Part shown: positions 10,598 through 20,049 of the stretch, piece after piece
How the letters are laid out: every line of letters begins with the position of its first letter
Numbering within the stretch: the first letter of the stretch is position 1
From: Dehalococcoidia bacterium
GTDB taxonomy: Bacteria > Chloroflexota > Dehalococcoidia > Dehalococcoidales > Fen-1064
DNA: 64,000 bases
Direction of reading: 5' to 3'
NCBI GenBank assembly: GCA_011171075.1
Contig: DUFD01000008.1
Span: 10,148 to 74,147, forward strand
Position numbers and translations under genes: made by a program
Notes under the pieces: generated by a model
The model's database searches: none
What the model saw: the letters and a program-made list of their open reading frames with translations, nothing else
Told to the model about the DNA's origin: nothing

Positions 10598-11539
10598 CTA
10601 TTTCGATGGCAATACCATGCCAGCCCAGTCACGCTGTCCCCGCAGGAACTCGGCCGCCGACATTACCCGCTTACCTTCAAGTTGCACCGTGAGCACACTG
10701 AGCACGCCTTCGCCGGTAGATACACCGAAGGTAGTATTTTTCCTGTCCAGGGCAATCAACTGGCCAACTGCATCGGTCGCCTGCATGTCCAGAGGTACTG
10801 CCTCAAGGATTTTAAATTGTTTTCCACGCCAGAATGTGTAGCACTCCGGCCACGGCTGGTATGCCCGCACCCGCCGCCAGATATCAACCGCCGGCAGATG
10901 CCAGTCAATCTCTCCATCTTCTTTGCTGATAAGTCCGCTGTAACTTGCCATGGCCTCATCCTGAGGCTGGGGTATCAGGGTGCCTCCGGCCAGCCGCGGC
11001 AGTACATCGAGGAGAAGTTGGGCACCGATGCGCGACAGTTTTTCCATGAGTGAACCGGTGGTATCCTGTGCCGAGATAGCAACCTGCGCCCGACTCAGCA
11101 CCGGACCAGTGTCCCAGCCCTCGTCCATCAGCATAACGCTAACCCCGGTAAAGCCATCACCGCTGAGTATTGCCGCCGGCACCGGCGAGATCCCGCGGTG
11201 TCTCGGTAGCAGCGAAGGATGAATATTAACACATCCTAACGGAGGGATATCCAGGACCGCTTTCGGCAGTTTCTGAGCATAAGCCGCCACCACGATTACA
11301 TCAGGACGAAGTCCGGCTATTTCGGCAATCACCTCTCCATCCCTGAGCTTGGCCGGTTGCTTAACACTCAGGCCATATGCCAGGGCAACCCCTTTTACGG
11401 GCGACTGGACCTGAGACAGTCCCCTACCGGCAACTCTATCTGGCTGAGTGTAGACAGCCACCAGCTTATACCGATTGGTGACCAGCAGCTCCAGAGCATT
11501 AACTGCAAACTCGGGGGTGCCCATGAAAATAACCCGCAC
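10598..11539 (-). CDS. fmt: Methionyl-tRNA formyltransferase
   Basis: 313 aa. N-terminus MRVIFMGTPEFAV, an HPSLLPRHRG motif, and the C-terminal Fmt domain. Confidence 0.93.
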   Translation of the reverse strand: MRVIFMGTPEFAVNALELLVTNRYKLVAVYTQPDRVAGRGLSQVQSPVKGVALAYGLSVKQPAKLRDGEVIAEIAGLRPDVIVVAAYAQKLPKAVLDIPPLGCVNIHPSLLPRHRGISPVPAAILSGDGFTGVSVMLMDEGWDTGPVLSRAQVAISAQDTTGSLMEKLSRIGAQLLLDVLPRLAGGTLIPQPQDEAMASYSGLISKEDGEIDWHLPAVDIWRRVRAYQPWPECYTFWRGKQFKILEAVPLDMQATDAVGQLIALDRKNTTFGVSTGEGVLSVLTVQLEGKRVMSAAEFLRGQRDWAGMVLPSK

Positions 11540-11981
11540 AACGACCCTCCGTTCTACAGAATTTTAGCATTATATCCCCCTCCCAACAACTGTGCGTTCG
11601 GGTTCTTGCGAGTATTCATGTATGACAGCTGACACATTTACCACCCTGAAGACGCACGTCAAGACCGCACACTGATACATATATGGGTACAATAATGGGC
11701 ATAAAATAGCCACATGACCATCGAATCTACGGGGGAGGAATTGCGAAAAAAAGTAAGTACCAAAGACCTCGTCAATTTGAACGGTGGAGGAAACAAAGGT
11801 CGTTAACCGCTGGCAACCGTCCTGAAAACCCTTGCCAACCGATATATCGGCTATTATTCTAGTTGGTGTTGTCCTTAAGTCCCCCAACATCACGACCCGC
11901 CGGTTTCTTCGACAATGCTTGGGGTACCCTTATACATAACCTAGCTACGTCGTGATATAACGAACGAGGAACTGCGGTTAG
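11540..11981. other. Candidate oriC / dnaA promoter region (divergent fmt-dnaA intergenic)
   Basis: 442 bp non-coding stretch directly upstream of dnaA. Genes at 2550..11539 are all on the minus strand, and dnaA-obg-nadD are on the plus strand. I could not find perfect TTATCCACA boxes by eye. Confidence 0.3.
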
Positions 11982-13310
11982 ATGATCGTAAAGCCTGCAC
12001 AACAAATATGGGAAACCGCCCTGGGCGAACTCCAAATCGAGGTCAATAAATCTAATTACCGAACCTGGCTGGGAAACACCACCGGGCTCAGCTTCAAGGA
12101 TGGCGAACTCACCGTCGGCGTGCCCAACACCTTTATCGCCGAGTATCTGGAGAAGAATCTTTGCTCGCTGATTGAGAAGGTACTCACCGGCATTACCCGG
12201 AGTAAAGTCAGGGTCAGTTTCTGCGTCGGCGAGCCTGAGGAAAAACTCCCCACGCAACCAAACAACCTCCCCCTGTTCAATCCCAGATATACTTTCGACT
12301 CCTTCATTGTCGGCAGGTCCAACCAGATGGCCTACGCTGCCGCCCTGCAGGTAGTCGAAAACCCGGGGCAGGCCTATAATCCCCTCTTCATACATGGGGC
12401 GGCCGGCCTGGGCAAGACCCACCTGCTACATGCTATCGGGCATGCAGCGGTAGCCAATGGACTCAAAGTTCTTTATGCCAGCGCCGAGCAGTTCACCAAC
12501 GAACTGGTCAGTGCCATCCGTGAAGACAGGACAGGGGAGTTCCGTAAGAAATACCGCGGTGTTGACATGCTGCTGGTTGATGATATCCAGTTTTTCGATG
12601 GTAAAGAACGTACCAAAGAGAACTTCTTCTACACCTTCAACGAGCTGCACGCTCACAACCGTCAGATTGCCATCACCAGCGACTGCCCGCCACGGCAGAT
12701 ACCACATCTCAGGGAGCGACTTCGCTCCCGCTTCGAATGGGGGCTTGTTGCCGACCTGCAACCACCTGATTTCGACACCCGACTGGCCATCCTAAAGACC
12801 AGAGCTGAGCAGGATAAGGTAGATATCACGCCCGATGCCCTAGAATTCATCGCACTGCAGATTAAAGAAAACATACGGGCGCTCGAGGGTTCCTTAAACC
12901 GTGTTACCGCCTACGCAAGGCTACTAAAAGCTATAGTAACACCCGACCTGGCTGCCCGCGCCCTGGAGGACATCGCTCGCATGGAACCTGAACCGGCATC
13001 TCTATCGCCGGCCTTAATAGCAGAGGCCGTAGCCACGGATTTCCAGGTTACCTTATCCGACCTGAAAGGACGTAAAAGAAATGGAGCTACTGTCCTCGCC
13101 CGGCAGGTATCAATGTACCTGATAAGACAGGAGACGGACTGCTCGCTATCGGAAATAGGCCGCGAGCTGGGTGGCAGGAGTCCGGCGACCATCAGCTACG
13201 CCTATGAAAAGATTGCCAACAGTATCAACAACGACCCCCATCTCAGGCGGCAGGTCTTCAATATCCAGCAAAGGCTGCACGCTTCCCCCGAACCGGCTGT
13301 CAGGAACTGA
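11982..13310 (+). CDS. dnaA: Chromosomal replication initiator protein DnaA
   Basis: 442 aa. Walker A GAAGLGKTHLL, Walker B LLVDDIQF, and a C-terminal DNA-binding domain (...SLSEIGRELGGRSPATISYAYEKI). Confidence 0.97.
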   Translation: MIVKPAQQIWETALGELQIEVNKSNYRTWLGNTTGLSFKDGELTVGVPNTFIAEYLEKNLCSLIEKVLTGITRSKVRVSFCVGEPEEKLPTQPNNLPLFNPRYTFDSFIVGRSNQMAYAAALQVVENPGQAYNPLFIHGAAGLGKTHLLHAIGHAAVANGLKVLYASAEQFTNELVSAIREDRTGEFRKKYRGVDMLLVDDIQFFDGKERTKENFFYTFNELHAHNRQIAITSDCPPRQIPHLRERLRSRFEWGLVADLQPPDFDTRLAILKTRAEQDKVDITPDALEFIALQIKENIRALEGSLNRVTAYARLLKAIVTPDLAARALEDIARMEPEPASLSPALIAEAVATDFQVTLSDLKGRKRNGATVLARQVSMYLIRQETDCSLSEIGRELGGRSPATISYAYEKIANSINNDPHLRRQVFNIQQRLHASPEPAVRN

Positions 13311-13523
13311 CCAAAAGATTTGGACTTTTCGGTCACATTTTTTAATAAGTCGGCCACCTTTTTGATAAACAGTACCGGAACTACCTCGCGGGCTGTGTTA
13401 AATGCTCAGCCACCACCATATTTTAAGTTCAGCAAATACCTGTTAGTATAATAAATAGTGATACATCTTATTACAAAGTAATACATATACTGTGGTATTC
13501 CATATCATGGTGAGTGATTAAGA

Positions 13524-14780
13524 GTGTTTGATATTGCTAGGTTGGTAGTAAGGGGTGGTGATGGTGGTGATGGGGCAATAAGCTTCAGACGGGAGAAGTA
13601 CGTACCTCTCGGGGGGCCGGACGGTGGCGATGGTGGGGATGGTGGCAATGTTATACTCACAGCAGACCTGTCTATCACTAACCTGCTTGCGTATGGGCGG
13701 AAAACCCTGCACAAGGCTGGGCGTGGTGGTAACGGACAGGGTGGCAAAAAACATGGTAAGCGTGGTGAAGACCTGGTGCTGAGTGTGCCGGTTGGAACTA
13801 CTGTCCGAGATGTAGGGTTGAGTGGTGAGGACGCCGTGATTGCTGATTTGGAACAGGCCGGGCAGCAAGCTATTGTTGCTAAAGGGGGTACGGGCGGACT
13901 GGGAAATACGCATTTTGCGTCGTCTACCAACCAGGCGCCACGAATAGCCCAGAAGGGTGAGCCCGGTGAAGAGAGGGCTTTGCTGCTGGAGTTGCGTCTT
14001 ATAGCAGACGTCGGTATCATAGGTTACCCTAATGTGGGCAAGTCCACTCTCCTCGCCAGTGCCTCGGCGGCGAAGCCTAAAATAGCTGACTACTCATTCA
14101 CCACGCGGGAACCGGTGGTCGGTGTTGTTGAAGTTAGTCTTGAGACCTTTGTTCTTGCCGAAATTCCAGGACTGATTGAAGGTGCCCATAGTGGACGTGG
14201 GCTGGGTCACGATTTCCTGCGGCATGCTACCCGTACCAGGATGTTCCTGCATGTAGTAGATGGTAGTTCGTCGTCGCCGGTGGAGGATATGACGCGGGTT
14301 AACACAGAACTCGGTCTTTACAATAGCAACCTAGCACGTAAGCCCCAGCTTGTGGTGGTGAACAAGGCAGACATTCCAGAGGTAAAGGCCCGGCTGGCTG
14401 ATGTACTAAACGAATTCCGCAGCATCGGTGTTGAACCTGTTACTATATCGGCGGCAACAGGAGAAGGCGTTGCCGCTCTAATGAAACAAACTCACGACAT
14501 GCTGAAGAAGGTTGAGGATGCCCGTACTGAGCCTCATGCTAAGGTATTTCGGCCTGGGCCAGGGGGCAGGAGGGTCGTCGTAAGTAAGGAGGGCGATACA
14601 TATATCGTGAACGCCCCGGCACTGGAGCGCCTTATAGCCCGCTCTGACATAGCCGATTCTACGGTGCGCTGGCAGCTCAACCAGCAGTTCGAGCGTCTCG
14701 GTGTAAGCCAGGCTTTAAAGAAAGCCGGGGCGGTTCCTGGCGACAAGGTCCGCTGCGGTGAGATGGAATGGGAGTTCTAG
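13524..14780 (+). CDS. obg: GTPase Obg/CgtA
   Basis: 418 aa with a GTG start. Glycine-rich Obg fold (GGDGGDGAISFRREKYVPLGGPDGGDGGDGG) and G1 motif GYPNVGKSTLL. Confidence 0.95.
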   Translation: MFDIARLVVRGGDGGDGAISFRREKYVPLGGPDGGDGGDGGNVILTADLSITNLLAYGRKTLHKAGRGGNGQGGKKHGKRGEDLVLSVPVGTTVRDVGLSGEDAVIADLEQAGQQAIVAKGGTGGLGNTHFASSTNQAPRIAQKGEPGEERALLLELRLIADVGIIGYPNVGKSTLLASASAAKPKIADYSFTTREPVVGVVEVSLETFVLAEIPGLIEGAHSGRGLGHDFLRHATRTRMFLHVVDGSSSSPVEDMTRVNTELGLYNSNLARKPQLVVVNKADIPEVKARLADVLNEFRSIGVEPVTISAATGEGVAALMKQTHDMLKKVEDARTEPHAKVFRPGPGGRRVVVSKEGDTYIVNAPALERLIARSDIADSTVRWQLNQQFERLGVSQALKKAGAVPGDKVRCGEMEWEF

Positions 14781-14784
14781 CCGG

Positions 14785-15399
14785 ATGAAGACAGGCATAC
14801 TCGGTGGTACATTCGACCCGATTCACAAAGGACATCTGGCGGTAGCCGAAGAGGTAAGGTCGCGGCTTAACCTGGATGAGGTACTCTTTATACCCGTGGG
14901 TCAGCCCTGGCGTAAGACCGGTGCCTCGATTCTGCCAGCCGAGCATCGAATCGAGATGGTACGCCTTGCCATCGCTGATAGGCCTTCCTTTAGCTTATCC
15001 ACTATCGAGGTAAACCGGGAAGGTCCCTCGTACACAATTGACACCCTGGAAGAGCTAAGGTCAGCACGTGGTGTCGGTAATGAACTGTTTTTCATCGTTG
15101 GTTGGGACAGTCTGACCGACCTGCCGAACTGGAGGGCGCCGGAGCGTATTATCCACCTCTGCCAGCTGGTAGCCGTGCCCCGGCCGGGCTATTTCCCCCC
15201 CGACCTGAAATCACTGGAGAATAGCGTCCCCGGTATATCTGAGCGGGTGATACTGCTGGACGGGCCTGAGGTGGATGTCAGCGCCTCTCAGATAAGGGAG
15301 CGGGTTACCCGCGGGCTTTCTATAAGCGGCCTGGTTTCCGAGGCGGTGGAGAAGTATATCCGGGAGCACGGGCTATATCTGGCCAGTGAGGAAGGATAG
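14785..15399 (+). CDS. nadD: Nicotinate-nucleotide adenylyltransferase
   Basis: MKTGILGGTFDPIHKGH (HxGH nucleotidyltransferase motif). I prefer the ATG at 14785, 5 nt after the obg stop, over the upstream start at 14758. Confidence 0.9.
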   Translation: MKTGILGGTFDPIHKGHLAVAEEVRSRLNLDEVLFIPVGQPWRKTGASILPAEHRIEMVRLAIADRPSFSLSTIEVNREGPSYTIDTLEELRSARGVGNELFFIVGWDSLTDLPNWRAPERIIHLCQLVAVPRPGYFPPDLKSLENSVPGISERVILLDGPEVDVSASQIRERVTRGLSISGLVSEAVEKYIREHGLYLASEEG

Positions 15400-15414
15400 T
15401 CTGGGGTATGCCTG

Positions 15415-17358
<1,944 letters not shown>

Positions 17359-17527
17359 CTAGCTCCTGTGTGGTGATGCGGGTGCGACCAAAAAGAGATG
17401 CAGGTGCAAGGTATGGAAAAGGCAGGTTGAAAATCTAGTTGTGAAGTATGGTTTACGAGTGCGTCACACATTAATATATTATAGCACATTCAGGCTGAAA
17501 ATGGAAGCTGTGGAGTGTGCTTCGGTC

Positions 17528-17556
17528 TTGACTTGCCGTAATTGTTGTGGTAACAT
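17528..17556 (+). promoter_or_regulatory. Sigma-70-like promoter (TTGACT-17 nt-TAACAT)
   Basis: TTGACT at 17528..17533, a 17-nt spacer, then TAACAT at 17551..17556. It lies in the AT-rich gyrB / methyltransferase intergenic region. Confidence 0.35.
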
Positions 17557-17562
17557 CGGCAC

Positions 17563-17730
17563 CGTAGTAAAAAGGTCGAAACTGCAACGAAGTACCGGAA
17601 AAGGGGCGTTGATGTTAGCTCAAGTTGTTTTAACCATTCATTATGAAGTCGCGCCCCGGCAGATATCCGGCTAATTAGGCTTTTCTGACTGGCTATCCAC
17701 TATTGGCCGTTCCTCCGGGAACGGTTTTTT
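17563..17730 (+). ncRNA. Candidate small transcript or 5' leader bounded by a predicted promoter and an intrinsic terminator (no family recognised)
   Basis: About 165 nt between the promoter above and the terminator at 17707..17730. Internal pairing is possible (GGGGCG...CGCCCC, and CCGG-CAGATAT-CCGG). The overlapping ORF 17441..17674 is not protein-like. Confidence 0.25.
17707..17730 (+). terminator. Rho-independent terminator
   Basis: CCGTTCC-TCCG-GGAACGG followed by TTTTTT. On the opposite strand the hairpin has no T-run after it, so it reads as plus-strand specific. Confidence 0.6.
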
Positions 17731-17846
17731 CATTACTGAAGACCGGCCGCGGGCGTGACACATCCGCGGATGTTTTCTTTTCTCAGTCTCAGTCTGCGGG
17801 AGGCATCTGCGTATTAGTATCACCCTATTCAAATTAGGAGAAATCA

Positions 17847-18674
17847 TTGGCAAATAATATAATAGACAACAACAATGACCAAATCTGGCAGAAAGGAAGA
17901 GATTCATTCATGGAATGGAAGATGGACATGTGGAAATACTACAGCATAACACACAAGTACCACGCAAACTGTAATCCGATGAGTACAGCGAAGCTCGATG
18001 AGCTAATCGGGCTCCTGAAACTGAATCCAGGGTCTGCAGTACTCGACATCGCCTGCGGTAAGGGGGAGATGCTTGCAAGGTTGGCGGAGCGATACGAGGT
18101 ATCCGGGGTCGGGGTCGACATCTCACCATACTTCGTGGCGGATACAGAACAGAAGTTGCAGGAACGGGTGCCCGGTGCTCGAATCGAAATCCTTAATATG
18201 GACGGAGCGGATTACAGGCACGGTCAGTCCTTCGACCTCGCTATGTGCATCGGTGCTTCATGGGTGTATAAGGGACATCGAGGAACTTTACGTGCTTTGA
18301 AGGCTATGACGAAGCCGGGTGGTCTCGTTCTCGTAGGTGAACCTTTCTGGCTGAAAGCGCCAGATGAAGCGTATCTGGCTGCCGAGAGCTACACGCGTAG
18401 TATTTACGGGACCCACCACGAGAATGTGCTTGTCGGCGAGGATGAAGGCCTGGTCCCGCTGTATACAATGGCCAGCAATCGGGACGATTGGGACCGGTAC
18501 GAGACACTGCAGTGGTATGCGGCTGAAAAGTATGCCGCAGAACATCCGGACGACCCTGATGTACCAGAAATACTGGCTCGCGTCTCTAATGGAAGGACGA
18601 GCTACCTGCGCTGGGGACGTGATACGTTTGGGTGGGCACTATATTTATTTCAGAAGGGCACCCATGTTGATTAA
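17847..18674 (+). CDS. Class I SAM-dependent methyltransferase
   Basis: 275 aa with SAM-binding motif I, VLDIACGKGEM. The TTG start at 17847 lies 6 nt after the SD TAGGAG. Confidence 0.8.
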   Translation: MANNIIDNNNDQIWQKGRDSFMEWKMDMWKYYSITHKYHANCNPMSTAKLDELIGLLKLNPGSAVLDIACGKGEMLARLAERYEVSGVGVDISPYFVADTEQKLQERVPGARIEILNMDGADYRHGQSFDLAMCIGASWVYKGHRGTLRALKAMTKPGGLVLVGEPFWLKAPDEAYLAAESYTRSIYGTHHENVLVGEDEGLVPLYTMASNRDDWDRYETLQWYAAEKYAAEHPDDPDVPEILARVSNGRTSYLRWGRDTFGWALYLFQKGTHVD

Positions 18675-18715
18675 CTGTCATTCGTAAACAGCGAAAGAGA
18701 AATGAGAAAGAACTA

Positions 18716-20008
18716 TTAACCAAGCAACTCCGGCAGCTTCTCCAGTGGCACCGTCTCCTGCTGCGAGGTGGCCATGTCCCGCAGGACGACGGTGCCTGCC
18801 TTTACCTCGTCGTCACCGATGATGGCCACTTTCGGGATGTTCAGGTTGTTTGCTTGGCGGAGCTGTGCCTTGAGACTGCGTCCGCCGGTGGCCATGATAA
18901 CGCTGATATCGTTGTGCCGCAGGTCGGTTGCCAGTTTTAGAGCAGTATCCTTAGCCTTATCTCCGAGATGGGCGATGAATAGCTGCGGGCCGGGTAGTAT
19001 CGGCACGGGGATATTTTCCTGTTGCAGGCCAAGGATAATACGCTCGATGCCGGTGGCGAAGCCTATGCCGGGCGCAGGTTTACCGCCAAGCTCTTCGACG
19101 AGGAGGTCGTAGCGGCCGCCCCCACCGAGAGAGCTCTGTGAGCCCCCTTCTTGCGGCTGCACTTCAAATACTGTCCGCGTGTAGTAGTCAAACCCACGTA
19201 CCAGGCGGGGGTTCTCCTCAAAGGGTATTTCGAGGCTACTCAGGTAGCGCTTTACCTCGGCATAGTGCTCGATGCACTCCATGCAGAGATAACCGATGCT
19301 CTTCGGGGCGGTATCGGCTATCGTCTGGCATTGCGGGCTCCTGCAGTCCAGCAGCCGCATGGGATTTTTCTCGAACCGGACCTTGCAATCGGCGCATACC
19401 TCGTCAATGTGCGGACTGTAGTGCTCCTTGAGTACGGTGAGATATGCAGGTCGGCATTCCCGGCAGCCGATGCTATCTAACACTATTGTGAAGCGACCCA
19501 GCCCAAGACTAACGAAGAACTGCCAGGCCATGTCAATAACCTCGGCATCAAGGGCAGGGTCGGCGTCACCGATGGCCTCGCAGCCGAAATGGCCGTGTTG
19601 CCGGTACCTGCCTGCCTGGGGTCGTTCGTAGCGGAATGCTGGCCCGATGTAGTACAACTTCACCGGCTGAGGCCGATTGTGCATGCCGTGTTCCAGATAG
19701 GCACGGCATACTGAAGCGGTGCCTTCCGGTCTTAGAGCCAGGCTGTTGCCTCCCCGGTCCTCAAAGACGTACATCTCCTTTTCGATGATGTCGGTGCCTT
19801 CCCCGACGCCGCGTGTAAATAGCTGCGAGTCCTCAAACATCGGCAGGTCGATGCGTTCGTAGCCGTAGAGACGGCAAATCTCGGTCGCCTTCTGCTCAAC
19901 GTAGCGCCAGTACGGCTGCTCCTGGGGAAGGATATCTCTTGTGCCACGCGGTGCCCGATACACGGTTCCCCCAACGAGTATTTCTAAGCTAGGATACCGT
20001 ATCATCAC
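18716..20008 (-). CDS. hisS: Histidine--tRNA ligase
   Basis: 430 aa. ...APRGTRDILP..., RPEGTASVCRAY, a class II motif 3 region, and a C-terminal anticodon-binding domain. The true start may be the GTG at 19963 (MYRAPRGTRD). Confidence 0.93.
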   Translation of the reverse strand: MMIRYPSLEILVGGTVYRAPRGTRDILPQEQPYWRYVEQKATEICRLYGYERIDLPMFEDSQLFTRGVGEGTDIIEKEMYVFEDRGGNSLALRPEGTASVCRAYLEHGMHNRPQPVKLYYIGPAFRYERPQAGRYRQHGHFGCEAIGDADPALDAEVIDMAWQFFVSLGLGRFTIVLDSIGCRECRPAYLTVLKEHYSPHIDEVCADCKVRFEKNPMRLLDCRSPQCQTIADTAPKSIGYLCMECIEHYAEVKRYLSSLEIPFEENPRLVRGFDYYTRTVFEVQPQEGGSQSSLGGGGRYDLLVEELGGKPAPGIGFATGIERIILGLQQENIPVPILPGPQLFIAHLGDKAKDTALKLATDLRHNDISVIMATGGRSLKAQLRQANNLNIPKVAIIGDDEVKAGTVVLRDMATSQQETVPLEKLPELLG

Positions 20009-20049
20009 CGAACTTGTAAAGGTACTTGACTTTTGTATAAGTAATTTTC

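Noticed and set aside
10229-11053. 274-aa plus-strand ORF spanning the mazG/fmt junction
   Set aside because: It is antisense to two well-supported genes, crosses their intergenic gap, and looks like low-complexity sequence.
17441-17674. 77-aa ORF in the gyrB-methyltransferase gap as a protein-coding gene
   Set aside because: It starts upstream of the predicted promoter, has odd composition (for example a CRNCCGN run), and has no SD. The region is better explained as non-coding RNA or leader.
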